Of a stretch of 64,000 nt of DNA, positions 24,301 to 37,707 are shown one piece after another (the first letter of the stretch is position 1; each line of letters begins with the position of its first letter). The DNA is taken from contig CP154954.1 in NCBI GenBank assembly GCA_039621445.1, positions 19,888,642-19,952,641 on the forward strand, in the 5' to 3' direction. A program made the position numbers and the translations under genes. The notes beneath the pieces are model-generated. The model made no database searches. It was not told the origin of the DNA and was given only the letters and a program-made list of their open reading frames with translations. Source of the stretch: Euglena gracilis. Its lineage: Eukaryota.

Positions 24301-25947
24301 GCAAATTTGAGGGGCCTCCCCCCAGTTTATGCAAACCCCCCCTGGAGCACAATTCCCCAATGGGTTCAGAAATTAATGTTAAACCCAGACCTAACCTGTC
24401 TGTTGATTGTACCCCACTGGGCTTCGATATTGTGGTGGCGCCAATTAATGTCAATCAGGCATCCAGGCAGCAAGGTCTTGCTGATGCCCCCCCCCCCAAT
24501 GGGGTCTGTTCACTAACTCCTAGGGAGCAGATGCCCCCCCAAGGTGGAATTTGGCCTGCTTGATTGTATCAATCAAATATTACAATCCCAGGAAGTTTCG
24601 ATGTCCAGTGTCGACACTTACATAAAACACCTGGGAAATGTCAGGAGATATGACTCAGCATTTAGGGCATTGGTGGGCCAATTGTTGCACAAAGGGGAGC
24701 CCCTGCAGGACTGCACAGTCCACAGGATGGCTGATGCCATCCTTGATGTGGCTGTTCGCAGCCTCAACACTGCACGAAATGCATATGCAGCAGCCTTGTT
24801 AATCCCAGGGTTTGGGTCATTGAGATTATCCCCTCTTCTGGCTCAATTTAAAAGAAAATTGAATTCCAATGTCTGCAAGTATGCAGATTTTTTGGACCCC
24901 ACTGATTTTCCAGAAAACATCATCAGAAAATATAAACTCCTCTCAGAACTATCTGTGAAAGAGCTCAGAAACAGACTCATCATTTGTTGGAGGCTTTTGG
25001 TCCTCCACAGGGGGGTTGATCTAGCCAGGACACAGCGAAAAATCAGTTTCGTGGGAGAAATTTTTTTCATTTTTTTGCAAAGGAAATGGTGGCAGTTCCC
25101 AAGGTGGGATGAAATTTTTAATTTGCCACACACACCCCTCATAACCCCCTGGAATTTATTGAAAGAGTACGTGGAAAGGACAGCCCCCATGTTTGGGCAC
25201 AAAAATAATTTGTTATGGTCTTTGGATGGTAAAAGACCGTTAAAATAAGAAAGAGTAAATTACCTTACCAAAGAAACTGCAAGACGGGTGGGGTGGACAC
25301 CACCCTGAAAACCCCACAGCACCAGAAGAGCTGGGGTTTTATGGCGGAAAAATGCTGATTTGCAAGTGGAAAAATTTTGGAGCTTTCCAAGCTCATTACT
25401 TGAGACTGGGTGTCGTATCAAAAATTCAAAACGTTATGGACAAAGGGGGGTGCACAGTACCTCACCATCTCGCATTGCGGAGCCCGAATGGTCTCGGACT
25501 CCCACGACGAAGGAAGGGGGAGGAAGGGACCATGGTCAGAGGGCGAAGCACAAGAAGATGGTGAGCCCAAGGTCCCCACCCAAGAAATCAGCAGAAAGAG
25601 AAAAACATCCCAAACAGAAAAGTGAAACCCGACCAAGAAGCCCCAACTACCCACCCAGAAACACACCAGAAATTTACAGCCATCCCCACCTCCGGATGGG
25701 CCCCCCACCCAGCGACCATATGAGAGGGGGGGGACGGGGCCACGACGGTTCAGCTTCGCCAAGGTGTCGGAGGAGGCTTCATCATCGCCAACTCCGACAA
25801 CGAAGGCGCAGTAAGAAGCACCCCCTCCCACGCACAAACACACCAGAACAGAACAGCCTGCAAGGAAAGCAGCACCTCACCTCACCATCTTCTTGTGCTT
25901 TCCACTCTTGGTCCTTTCCTCCCCCTTCCTTCGCCGTGGGAGTCTGA
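21386..25947 (+). mobile_element. DIRS1-like retrotransposon B1 (family B), full length, degenerate
   Basis: Left end gaccattcgggctccgca; RT (KIDLKDAYFH, YLDV), MTase (DMFC...ANPPW, ORF 24073-24516), YR (ORF 24544-25248 and on); ICR ~25459-25565; right ITR ending gggagtctga. Confidence 0.92.
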
Positions 25948-27548
25948 CACTTTAGTGTCTTTAAACAAAAATTTCTCAAGTCTTAGACGGCTTTTGGGTT
26001 CATTCTCGTATTAGGGGCCCGACCCCACAATGATGGAAGCTCAGAAATGCTTTTAGATTTGGTCAGCGGAAAACTGTGGAAGCCTACTTTTCCCCTTCCA
26101 GGTGTTTGGTGCCCAAGAGAGATTTGGGGCACGCTTCGGGACGAAAAATTTGGTGCAGCCCCCCCCCCCTCCTTCCAGCATGGCTTCAAAGTATACTTCA
26201 ACTTTGCGGAAGTGCCCCTCGAGGCACCTCGGGGGAGTGCCTCGGGCACTAAGAGGGGAGGAAGGGACACCTTGGGCTCAGCACTTTGCTCGCCGGCGGT
26301 GCTGTGTGATTGTGGGTCAGGAGCCCCTGCTTATTTTGTGCTTTTTTTTTCGCCGGAGATGGCTGATTCCTAACTTGCCCTTCGAAACGCAGAGGAAAGG
26401 AAAAGAGTTCACCCACAAAGAAGAAAAGAAGGAAGGAACTTAGGGAAGGAAAAGAAGTGAATATCAATTCAATATCGAGAAGGACACGAACCAGACGAAT
26501 GTAAACTGAAAAGTACAATATCAAATTTCAATTTCGACTTCAACGAGCAATGCAGTGGAGAAGAAATTGGAATTATATGACCGCGGACGTCCTGGAGCAG
26601 TGGCCGCAGCAGCTGGAGATCTTGGAGATGCGGTCAATGCGTGGCAAACCGTGGCCGTTCTTCCCCCCCCCCCCAGGCACCCTTCCCAGAAATTTCCCAA
26701 CCCCCCCCAGTTCCTTGTATTCAGAAGGCCCAGAAGACAGAAGTCAGTTCCAGCCGTTGGTGGGCAAATGATGGGCCCTGGGGCCCAAAATGCTTCACAA
26801 TTGGACAACCAAAACACACGCATCAGGGGCATCTCCCCCACAGGCGCCCAGTCGCCTATACACAAATTGTCCAAAGGATGGAGATGGTATCAAGGCCAAG
26901 GAGGTCAACACTACAGGGCCATGGGGACCAGTTTTACAAGCAATTCACCTCAGGAAGTGGCAGAAAAGGTCTTTCTAACCCCCCCCGATTCTTCTTAAAC
27001 AACAACCCCTCTCGTGGGGAAAAAGGGGGCCACAACAGCCTCCCCAGACTTACAGCGAGGTTGGAGGCCAAGAATAACTCAAGGCCCGGAAGACCAACAG
27101 TTGGATTATGGCAAAACTATACATGGAGACTTTGGAGGCCAGCAGGGTAGACCCACAGTGGCCACCAAGAAGCTAGGGGACATCATCCCCAAGCTGCCGG
27201 AGAAATCCCCAAGGGACCCACAGAGGCCCTCTGCCAAAACAGGGGGGGGAAGGGACCCACAGTGGCCCTTTCAGTGACCCAGCACCACGAGGAAAAGGGA
27301 CCCACAGTGGCCATTTTGGAGGGAGGCAGGACCCCCTCCAACATTTATTTCTCAATTACAGATTATTCAATCAAGGAGGGGACCCACTGAGGCCCCCCTA
27401 TGGTATGTCAACCAACCACATCAACATGAAGAAGACCAGATAGGCAAAACAGGAGCATTAAGCCCTGAGGTATGTCTTCCAACAACAAAGGTGCATGCAT
27501 ACCCCAAGAAAAACTTTATTTTACAAGGGCCAAGCCCTAGGGGACCTA

Positions 27549-27998
27549 AACACCCCCTGAATAGAAGCCCCCCCCCCGAATAGTGACCCCCGAATAGTGC
27601 CCCCCCCCCGAATAGAAGCCCCTCCCCCTCGGTTTTCGACCAAAATTCCGAATAGTGCCCCCCCTCCCGAATAGTAGGCCCCTGCCCGTGGATCTGTCAA
27701 CTGGGACGGATGGCAATTTGGTTTCTTCAGGCATTGCTTAAATAAGGGTTGGCTGATTTTTTCTTTCATGATCCAATGCATCCACAAGAGTAACATTTGC
27801 AGCAAATTTGACATAGTTTGGAAAGGTAGGACATGTGGAGCCACAAATAATTTTCTTCGATAAATCTCGGACCCCATGGTTTTCGACCACTTTTCCGAAT
27901 AGTGACCCCCCCCCCCCCCGAATACAAGCCCCCCTCCCGGTTTTCGTTTTCGGCGAACGCTCCGAATAGAAGCCCCCGGGGCTTCTATTCAGGGGGGT
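27549..27998. mobile_element. TA-flanked MITE inserted in DIRS copy C
   Basis: cccctgaatagaagcccc ... ggggcttctattcagggg TIR, internal ccgaatag repeats, TA on both sides; absent from family A copies. Confidence 0.75.
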
Positions 27999-30900
27999 TA
28001 TGGGTGCAATGTCCAACACCCCCAGCCCAGCCCCCGCAAAATCATCTCGTCCAGGAAATAAATTCCATGGAGGAAAAATGGGGAGACACCCCCCTCCATC
28101 AAAGTTTGCAAAAGAGCCTAAAATGTCCAACATTCCCACCCCAGCCCCCCCAAAATCATCTTATCCAGGAAAAAAATTACATGGAGGAAATATGGGGAGA
28201 AACCCTCCTTCATCAAAGGTTGCAAAAAAGCTTGACGTGGTGGCAAAAAAATGCCCCCCCCCCCCAACAACATGTCAACTCATCAGGGCTAGCATTCAGT
28301 CCCCCTGGTTAAGCCCACCAAAATTGTCCACCCACCCAAAGCCCAGAGCGAATTTGAACCTACCCCAAGCAGAAAAAATACTGCAGGATTATGAAAAATC
28401 TGGATCCGTTAAGAGGGTGAAGGAATCAACCACCCAGCACCTGATCCACTGGTTTTTGATTTCAAAACCAGAGGGGGGGGGGCAGACAAAATGGGGCTTA
28501 ATAAGCGATTGCAGGGAATTAAACCAAAGGTTCCACGTGAAAGCTTTCAAGCTGGATCACATCCAGCACATTTTTCCAGTGCTGGAAAAAGGCCACCGGG
28601 CAGCAAAAATATACCTAAAAGATGCTTACTTCCACATCCCAGTGATCCAGGCCCTAAGGCCATTTCTGAGACATCAGGTGGGGGGGCAGACCTGGGAATT
28701 CCAGGCAGGCTATTTTGACCTGAATGTAACCCCCAAATTTTCATGTCAGTAATAAAGCTGTGGAGGAAAAGGGGCATCCAGGTATTTATTAACCTGGACG
28801 ACGTTTTACTGGTGGCCAAAGCAAAACAAAATCCTACAAAATGACCTGAACACAGTGGTAAGGATTTAATCAAATCAGGATTCAAAATCAATGTAAAAAA
28901 GTCCACCCTGCAGCGCACCCAAATCGTATATCATCTTGGGTTTCAACTAAACTTCCAAGAGGGAAAATTACAGTAAAAACAGACAGAAAATAAAAACAGT
29001 AAAAAGGACGTGGGGAAAATGGTGAAAAAAGATTACATGTCAAAAAGGCAGTTGACTGCCATTTTGGGCGAAGTCAGATGCAACCTAATTTGGCCCTTTC
29101 TAAGGGCCAAATTCTCTGGAGGAAAATTCCACAGCCCCTTGGGACTCAAAACACCCCATTATCCAAAGAAAAAAGGACCAATTAAGAGAAATAAAAATCC
29201 TACTGGACTCCTGGGGGGCAGACCCTTCCCCAAATTGCAACCAGAGAGTTGCACTCAGACAGCAGTACCCATGCCTAGGGGGGGGGGGGGCTGGAAATTC
29301 GAACAGGCAAAATTGTGCAAGAATTTTGGAGGGAAAGCTCCATTTTGCACATAAATGTCAAATAATCGAGTGCAGCAGTAAGCACAGTACAAAGCCTCAG
29401 ACAGCAAAGAGAAACTGTATCCCTGTCAGTAAACAATCAAGCAATTTACTACTATTTAGCAAAAGGGGGGGTGGCACAAAAGACCCCTTCAATTACATGC
29501 TAAGACCATTTTTCAAATCGTGCATGGTACACAACATAAACCTGCAAGTAACGTGGGTCCCTTCACAGGAATGCCTAGCAGACCCCATAAGCAGGTGGGA
29601 AATTGACAGGGAGGATTTTTCCCTGGACCCCCAACTTTTTAAATGGCTGAGGCGGCAGTACAAAAATTTGATAATGCTGAAAACAGACGTTTTGCCTCAC
29701 CAGGCAACAAAACACTGCCACAATTCCTGGCCAGGTGGCGCCACTGGCAAGCCACAGCAGTGGATGCAATACAATGTCCACTGGACAACATGGGGGATCT
29801 TTATGCACCCACCTCCCTGGTCAGTTATTCAAAAATTTCTATCCACATTAAAAATGTTTCCACTGGCCAGAGTTTTGATGGTCACCCCCTACTGTGATTC
29901 AGCTGCACGGTGGCCCGAGTTGATAAAAATGAAAGTACCAGGAACCCCTGCCTGAAAATATCACCCCTTACAAGGGTATGTTCACCAAGTGCAGGGGGGG
30001 GGGGATGCCGCCCCCAGGGGGCCCCTGCGTTGCATGATTTGCTCAGGCAAATTCTGGAGGGGAAACAGATACAAAATAAAATCATTACCTATTTTCTGGG
30101 AAGAAACACCAGTTTAAAGCGTTATCAAAGTGCGTTTACGCTTTTATGGGTGATTTTGGAAAAAATGGGGGTGCCCCCCCAAAAGCCACCACTGACCAAG
30201 TGGTTGACGCTTTAATTCAACTATTTCAATTTTCAAAGGCCCAAGCACGCAATGCATACAGTGCTATGTTTTTGATCCCTGGCTTTGCTGTCCTAAGGTT
30301 CCATGCCATGTTGGCACCTTATAAAAGGCTTTGGAACCAAAATTTGGGAAAATATGGTGCATTCTGGGATCCCCTCCCAATCCTCCAGGGGCTGGCACAG
30401 TCCCCCCTGCCCTCTGAAATATGTACCTTGCGTACACAACTCATTTCCTGTTCACGAATCCTCTGTTTTTACAGAAGTTCAGATTTGGCACAGGTCCAAA
30501 GAACCACCAGTGTGTTGGGGGGGGCACCCTGCATCAAATTAAACGTAAAGGTAAAAAACTCCATAAGTGTGCACAAAAAATTAACAAGTGGGAGAGAGTT
30601 GTCTCCATTCCGCACTGCCCCCAAACCAGTCCCTTTCATTTGATTATGTCTTATGTGGCAGCAACCCGTTTCTTTGTGAAACGTGGGGTCCCCTTTTAAT
30701 TACGATAAAAAAAACCCCAAAGCTAATAAGGCAGATACCATTCCTTCTATCGCCAAAATAATTTTCGACCAAACAGGGGATACCCTCCTGGTTTGAAGAC
30801 CCCACTCCACCAGAGGGGCAGGGGTTTGTTTGCTGAAACAACTGGTACTTTTCCCCCAAGAAGTTTATGAAATTGGTCAGCGGAGGGGGTTGGAGGCTTT

Positions 30901-32276
30901 TACAGCCCATTATCAAAGACTTGGTGCCCAAGGTGCTTTGGAGAATGCCCTGGCCCCCCTTTCTTCGGTGCAGAATCCGGCCTCACAAGGGCAAAGTGCG
31001 GAGCCCGAGGTGTCTCGCACTCCCTCGAGGAAAACCGAAGAGAGAGGAAAGGACACCGAGGGCGGAGCACATAGACATTGTGAGCCCGACCCCCCCCACC
31101 CACATAAGAAAATTTGTCCTCAAACGCCCTCGGTCAGCAGAAGACGGGGGCCAGGGGGGTGGGAGAGGGCCCCCCCGGAGGAAAAATCGGACTCCCACGA
31201 CAGAGGAAGGGGGAGGAAGGGACCAAGAGGGCGAAGCACAAGAAGATGGTGAGGTCCTGCTTTCCTTGCCGGCTGTTCTGTTCTGGTGTGTTTGTGCGTG
31301 CGCGGTGGGTGCTTCTTACTGCGCCTTTGTTGCCGGAGTTGGCGATGATGAGGCCTCGTCCGACACCTTGGCGAAGTGGAACCGTCGTGGCCCCGCCCCC
31401 CCCCCCCTCACGCATGGTTGCTTGCTGGGGGCCCCCCCCTCGATGGGGATGGTGGTCTCTTTCTGATGTTTTTCCGGGTGGGTGGTTGGGGCTGCTTGGT
31501 CGGGGGTCCCCTTTCTGGTTGGGATGTTTTTCTTTTTCTGTTGATTTTTTGGGTGGGGGGGTTGGGCTCACCATCTTCTTGTGCTTCGCCCTCTTGGTCC
31601 CTTCCTCCCCCTTCCTCTGTCGTGGGAGTCCGAGACCATTCGGGCTCCGCACTGCGAGATGGTGAGGTACTGTGCACCCCCCTTTGGGCCATAATATTCT
31701 GAATTTTTGAAACGACACCAAGGCGCAAATAATGAGCTTGGAAGGCCCCAAACTTTTTCCACTGACCCAGCTGCTGGACTTCTTCCACTTGTAAACCAGC
31801 ATTTTTCCTCCATAAAACCCCAGCCCCTCTGGTGCTGTGGGGTTTCCAGTGGGTGGTGTCCACCCCCCCCCTCTTGCAGAATTTCTTTGGTAAGGGAATT
31901 CACTCTTTCTGATGTCAAAGGTCGTTTACCATCCAAAGACCATAACAAATTATTTTTGTGCCCAACCATGTGGGCTGTCCTTTCCACATACTCTTTCAAT
32001 AGGTGCCAGGGGCTGATGAGGGGGGTGTGTGGTAAATTCAAAACTTCCTCCCTTCTTGGGAATTGCCACCCTTTTCTTTGCAATAAAATGAAATTTTTTC
32101 CCCACGAAACTGATTTTTCGCTGTGTCCTGGCTAAATCAACCCCCCTGGGAGGGCCAAAAGCCTCCAACAATGGATGAGTCTGTTTCTGAGCTCTTTCAC
32201 AGAGAGTTCTGAGAGGGGTCTTGATTGTCTGATGATGTTGTTTAGAAAATCAGTGGGGTCCCAGAAATGGGCATAC

Positions 32277-33928
32277 TGTGAGCGCGGGCCAGATTTGAGA
32301 TTCATTTTTGTAAGAGATGCCAGCAGAAATTAAGTATTGCCTCACAGAGATTTGGGGGAATTAAATTTTTCACAGGCAAGCTGGAAAACAGTGTACAAGT
32401 TTGCGTGGGACTCTGAACTGGATTCAAAGTATCAAGTCTTGTCTTCTGGGGTGCTGTGTGGGGAAGTTTAGGAAGAAGACCCTTGAAGGCTGAAAAGTTG
32501 GAATTGGCCAGAAGTCTGATGTGGTGAAATTATCTGGACACACTGGACCATCCCCCAACTTGCACAAACTTGTATGAGATTTGCAGTGCAGAAAAGCCCC
32601 GTAAAAACGTACCTGTGGAGCCGGGGACTCTCAGAAGTGAAAAGGCATGGAAGTGGCAGGCCAGCTCAGCAGCAGAAGGGGGACAAGGCAGAGGAAGGCA
32701 TCAGTTGGCACACAGTGAGATGCTGTGTTTGCCACCATGATCAACTCTCCAGATCAAGCAAGCAGCAGGTGATCCTGGGGTTGGTGCTGCTGTGGATCTT
32801 GGTTGGAGCCTGGGCTGAAGGACAGACGAATGTCAATCACAGCCCGCCATCATCATCAATGATCTATCTCAATCTCCAAAATGTCTGTCAAGATGTCATT
32901 TCAGGGTCAAGTTCAATTTCAAGATTCCAAGGAATCTGTGGTGGAAGAAAGTTGTCATGTCAAGATTTCAATTTCTCAAGGTCAATCTGTGAAGGAGTTC
33001 TGTCATCATTTCCAAGATTCCAAGTTCCCAAGGTCAATCTGTGGAGGATCCAAGGTGTGATGCCCAGGATTTCAAGTTCCCAAGTTCAAGATGTCAAGTT
33101 TCAACGTCATTGGTCAAGTTCCCCCTGGAGATTTCGGCGCGAGGAGCCTGACCTCGTAAAAAACAGTGATCAGGGTTGTGCAACAGCCCTACAAATGCAC
33201 ATCTGGTGATCAACTTCAAGTTCGTCAACCTGTTGCTGCTGTGATGGCTGTGGTGTGTGCCGCCTCCCCGTTCGGTGCTGGGCCGCTTCAAGGGGGCTCT
33301 GCTCCGGTTTGGCTCGGCGGGGCTTGCCGAAGCCCCGGATGGACCCCATGGGGGGTCATGTTGTACGGGGTAGGTCGTACGACATGGCTCTCTAAGGTGG
33401 AAAGGCTGGGGTGGAGGTAGGCGGGCCCCACATGGTATTTATATGTGGATTTGGACGTGTTTACGATTATCTGTGGATTCGAAGATTTGGCAATTTAAAT
33501 TCGAGAACCGCCATTCGTCACTCTTCCATGTCGCTGCTGCGTGTGTGTGTGTGTGTGTGTGTTGAATTTTTATCTCCGGCCCGCTCATTTTTTACTTTCG
33601 TTTTGGACAATTGCCTGGCAATTGTTTTTGGGAAGGGGGGTGTGAGCGCGGGCCAGATTTGAGATTTATTTTTGTAAGAGATGCCAGCAGAAATTAAGCA
33701 TTGCCTCACAGAGATTTTGGGGAATTAAATTTTTCACAGGCAAGCCTGCAAACAGTGTACAAGTTTGCGTGGGACTCTGAACTGGATTCAAAGTATCAAG
33801 TCTTGTCTTCTGGGGTGCCGTGTGGGGAAGTTTGGGAAGAAGACCCTTGAAGGCTGAAAAGTTGGAATTGGCCAGAAGTCTGATGTGGTGAAATTATCTG
33901 GACACACTGGACCATCCCCCAACTTGCA
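32277..33928 (+). mobile_element. Non-autonomous LTR retrotransposon (TRIM-like), 288-bp LTRs at 32277-32564 and 33641-33928
   Basis: TG...CA direct repeats with about 8 differences by eye, 4-bp TSD atac, PPT gggaagggggg (33630-33640); no RT or integrase motif inside. Confidence 0.93.
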
Positions 33929-34185
33929 ATACTTGCAGACATTGGAATTCCATTTCCTTTTCAATGGAGACAAAAGAGGGGAAAACCTCAATGACCCAAA
34001 CCCTGGGAGTAATAAAACTGCTGCATATGCATTTCGTGCGGTGTTGAGGCTGTGAACAGCCAAATCAAGGATGGCCTCGGCCATCTTGTGGACTGTGCAG
34101 TCCTGCAGGGGCACCCCTTTGTGCAACAATTGGCCCACCAATGTCCTGAAGGCTGAATCATATCTCTTGACATTTCCCAGATTTT

Positions 34186-35175
34186 TTATGTAAGTGTCGA
34201 TACTGGACATCGAAACTTCCTGGGATTGTAATATTTGCCTGACACAATCAAGCAGGCCAATTTCCACCTTGGAGGGGGCATCTCCTCCCCCCAACAGTTG
34301 GTGAATAGACCCCATTGGGGGGGTACCAACAAAACGTTGCTGCCTGGCTTTCTGATTGCCATTAATTGGCGCCACCATGATGTTGAAGCCCAGTGGGGTA
34401 CGATCAACAGACAAGTCAGGTCTGGGTTTACCATTAATCTCTGAACCCATTGGGGAATGATGCTCCAGGGGGGGTTTGCATAAACTGGGGGGAGCCCCCT
34501 CAAATCTGACTTCAAGGCATCCACCAGCACAGCCCCTTGGTGGGGGTATCGACAAACAAACTTGGCGAATTTTTTGTTGCTGGGTGTGCAAAACATGTCC
34601 ACCTCTGGGGTGATGTCCTGTCTGAAAAATTTCAGAATTTGGTGAAAGATATGTAGGTTTAGGGTATAATCCCCTGGGTCCTTTTGCTCCCTGGTCAGGG
34701 AGTCTGCCAATTGCTCTTTTGTGGGAACCCAAACCACCTGCAAATTGATTTGCTTTTCTTGGCAATGATACAGCAGGGGTTTTAAAATGGAATTTAGGTG
34801 GGGCTTTTTGCCTCCCCATTTTGTTAGATAACTTACAGCCACTTGGCTGTCCACATGAAGATTTATGGTTTGTTTTGGTTTTGCCAGACTTTTTACTGTC
34901 TCCACTGCTGACATCAATTCTTTTTGGTTGATGTGAAGGATGTGCAGGTCCCTCCAAAAATCCTGCACTTTTTGGCCTGAGTTTTTGTCCAGCCCCCCCC
35001 CCACTGCCAGGTGCTGCTGTCTGAAAACAGATCCTGAGAGGCCTGGGATTGAAAGGCTCTGCCCACACCTGGCTGCAAAAACGCTTTTAACTCCACAATT
35101 TGATCTTTGACCCCCTGGGGAATGGTTAGGGTGTGGTCCCAACCCCACTTTGTGTGCAAATCCACCATTTTGCAA
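34186..35175 (-). CDS. B2 RNase H plus N6-adenine methyltransferase part of pol
   Basis: HINQKEL...VDSQ (RH); EVDMFC...VYANPPW (MTase). Confidence 0.8.
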   Translation of the reverse strand: MQNGGFAHKVGLGPHPNHSPGGQRSNCGVKSVFAARCGQSLSIPGLSGSVFRQQHLAVGGGLDKNSGQKVQDFWRDLHILHINQKELMSAVETVKSLAKPKQTINLHVDSQVAVSYLTKWGGKKPHLNSILKPLLYHCQEKQINLQVVWVPTKEQLADSLTREQKDPGDYTLNLHIFHQILKFFRQDITPEVDMFCTPSNKKFAKFVCRYPHQGAVLVDALKSDLRGLPPVYANPPWSIIPQWVQRLMVNPDLTCLLIVPHWASTSWWRQLMAIRKPGSNVLLVPPQWGLFTNCWGEEMPPPRWKLACLIVSGKYYNPRKFRCPVSTLT

Positions 35176-35260
35176 AGTTGATCTGTCAGAATTCTGAGAA
35201 ACGGCATGGAGACTAAATAGCTTCTGACCTGCCCCACAATAGAGCTGAGTTTTCTGCAGC

Positions 35261-36070
35261 TCATTTTTGTGCTGTGAGCACTTTTCCCAGCTCCTTTCTT
35301 AAGGATTTTAGTTTTTCCTGTGGGATTTCCAGCTGGCCCTTTTTCAAATTGACCCACTGGCCCAAATGTTTTATCTCCTGTGTGGGTTCCAGACAGGATT
35401 TGGGGAGGTTTAATCTGAAACCTGCCAATAAAAGGTCCTGCTTTATTTCTGCCAAATGTTGGGCTGCAGTCTTTTTGCTGGGGGCTAACAGCAAAATGTC
35501 GTCTAGGTAGATGAAAACTACCTTTCCCTCCTTTCTCCACTTCCTTTCCCAGACTCTCATGAGAGTCATAAACTTTTGTGGCAGGCTGCTGATGCCAAAA
35601 CATGCAGCTTGAAACTGCCAAGTTTCCCCCCCCCCACTTGCATGCAGACATGTTTTTCCAGGCTGCTGTGCAGTTTTAGGTGAAAATAAGCATCTTTCAG
35701 ATCTATTTTTCCACAGAACCATCCTTTTCTTAGGTATGGGAAAATGTTTCTCATGTGTTCCAGTCTGAACTTCTGGGGGGTGAAATAGTGATTTAACTGT
35801 CGACAATCTGAAATTAGTCTTTCCTTGGTCTTTTCCCCTTCTTTTTTCGAAATTATGAAGTAAGGGACAAAATGTTTTGCCTCCTCTGGGGGGATTTGCC
35901 TGGTTGCCCCTGCACATTCGTATTCTCTCAGAATTTTTTGGGCAGTCATTACTTCCTGGGGGGCTTTGAAGGGAACTTTTAAGGACATTAGAGGGGGGAG
36001 GGGAAGATCTGCCATGACCCCTTCCCTTATCAGGTTTAATACCTCTCTGCTGGCACCTGCCTTTTCCCAA
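35261..36070 (-). CDS. B2 reverse transcriptase part of pol (frameshifts at homopolymers)
   Basis: WQFQAACFGISSLP, FIYLDDILL; KIDLKDAYFH lies in the adjacent frame. Confidence 0.8.
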   Translation of the reverse strand: MGKGRCQQRGIKPDKGRGHGRSSPPPSNVLKSSLQSPPGSNDCPKNSERIRMCRGNQANPPRGGKTFCPLLHNFEKRRGKDQGKTNFRLSTVKSLFHPPEVQTGTHEKHFPIPKKRMVLWKNRSERCLFSPKTAQQPGKTCLHASGGGETWQFQAACFGISSLPQKFMTLMRVWERKWRKEGKVVFIYLDDILLLAPSKKTAAQHLAEIKQDLLLAGFRLNLPKSCLEPTQEIKHLGQWVNLKKGQLEIPQEKLKSLRKELGKVLTAQK

Positions 36071-37707
36071 TGGGGGATACTGGCCTGCAGGGCTTTGTAA
36101 GGGGGCACCCCTGGATGTAATGTGTCTGGGGATCCACAGGCCCCATCACTGGGGTCCTTCCCCCTGGCTGCCCCATCACTGGGGTCCTCTCTGGCTGCCC
36201 CATCACTGGGGTCACCTCTGGCCCTGCCATAGGGCTGCTCAAAGACAGGCTTTCCCCCTGTTTTTGAAAGATGGGGGAAGGTCTGTTTCTGCAGTGGGGA
36301 GGTACATATATAGCTGGGGGGTGTGGGCTGATTATCTTCTGGGGGGGCCCTGGTGTAGCCAATCTTGGGCCTCCCCCCCAAGGGCTGTGGTCTTGAATGC
36401 ATTGGCCTCCCATGGCCACCTGATTTTGATTGAAACGGCCTCCATTGGCCTTGATATTTTCCCTCTGGCCTCCATTGGCCTCTTGGATATAATGGCCTCC
36501 ATTGGCTTTCCCCTGAAGGGGGGGCCGCTTGCTTGGATGGGCAGCTCCTGAGGGGTTTTTGTTTGAGGGAGCTGTGGGGTAAGTTTGACATACCTTCCCC
36601 CAGTGGGATCTTCCCAGGTTGGGATACAGGCTGCCATAGCCTTGCAACTGGGCCCACTGCCCTCTTGAATGCTGGCTGCCATAGCCTTGATTCTGGGCCC
36701 CAGGCCCTGTTAAATGATGGCTGCCATAGCCTTGAGTTTGATTTGAATCCTTTGGATTTCTGATATCCCGAGAGAGGCTGCCATAGCCTTTGCTTTTTCC
36801 CCTGGAGGGGGAGGAATTGGGAAAAAGGGGTGGAGTCTGTTGGACCTGTGATGGTAGTCCCCCTCTGTCTTCTCTTCCTGACCACTGCTGTCCATGGTCC
36901 ATGGCCATCCTTTTGAGTGGGGGATCCTGAAAACTTTGAATTGCTGGGGGGTGGGGGGGTTGCGATGGCCACGGACTGACGTGCTGCTGCCGCCTCATCA
37001 CCTTCTGCAGCTGCTGCTGTGTGTCCACCTTCCCCAGCTGTTTTCTTGGAAGTTCGTTGGAGTTCTTCTTGGCAGTCTGAATTTCTTTGCAGCTCATTCT
37101 TCATGGAAGTCCAGTGTGATGCTGTCTTCTTAATTGAAATATTTCTGGGATAATTCCAGTTGAACTCGAAGAGTTGAATTCTTCCTCCTGGCAGTCGAAG
37201 GTCAGCAAAAACTTTTGATCCACCAGTTGATAATTTGCCGGTCTTCGGTGAATGTAATGCTCCTTGTAAATATTTTCCAAGTGAACTCGTAGCAGTAAAA
37301 TTCTTTCTCCTTGAGGTCGAAGGGCAGAATTAGGAATCAGCCAACTCCGGCAACAAAAAGCAGTAAGAAGCACCCCCCGCGCACGCACAAACACACCAGA
37401 ACAGAACAGCCGGCAAGGAAAGCAGGACCTCACCATCTCGCAGTGCGGAGCCCGAATGGTCAAGACAGCGCCATGGTCGCCGCGTCGGAGACAATTCAGC
37501 CAACTCGGGCGAGGCGGCATTAAGTAGCGGCCCCTAACCCAACGCAGCGACGAATCGCCCAGCACCGCCAGCGAGTAAGGCATGGCCTCGCAATGTCTTT
37601 GCGCTCCGCCCTCGATGTCACTTCCCCCCTTGTCGGTTCGCCTCGTGGGAGTGCGAGGCACCGCGGGCGAAGCGCAAGCACAAAGTGAGGCTTCATTGCC
37701 CTTCTTC

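Larger units (their letters stand above)
31187..37461 (-). mobile_element. DIRS1-like retrotransposon B2 (family B), YR interrupted by an LTR element
   Basis: Both ITRs, ICR ~31567-31669; RT YLDD, RNase H, MTase NPPW, YR HSTR...GQW...Y. Confidence 0.93.
26266..37656 (+). mobile_element. DIRS1-like retrotransposon C (diverged family A relative): body 26266-31186, right ITR region 37462-37656, split by B2
   Basis: RT (LKDAYFHIP), RH/MT and YR (GAFWDPL, FYRSSDL) remnants; ICR ~30979-31086; right ITR resumes after B2 and ends gggagtgcga. Confidence 0.85.

Noticed and set aside
31800-36100. Frameshifts in B2 as programmed ribosomal frameshifts
   Set aside because: They fall in G/C/A homopolymers and cannot be told apart from sequencing error or decay.
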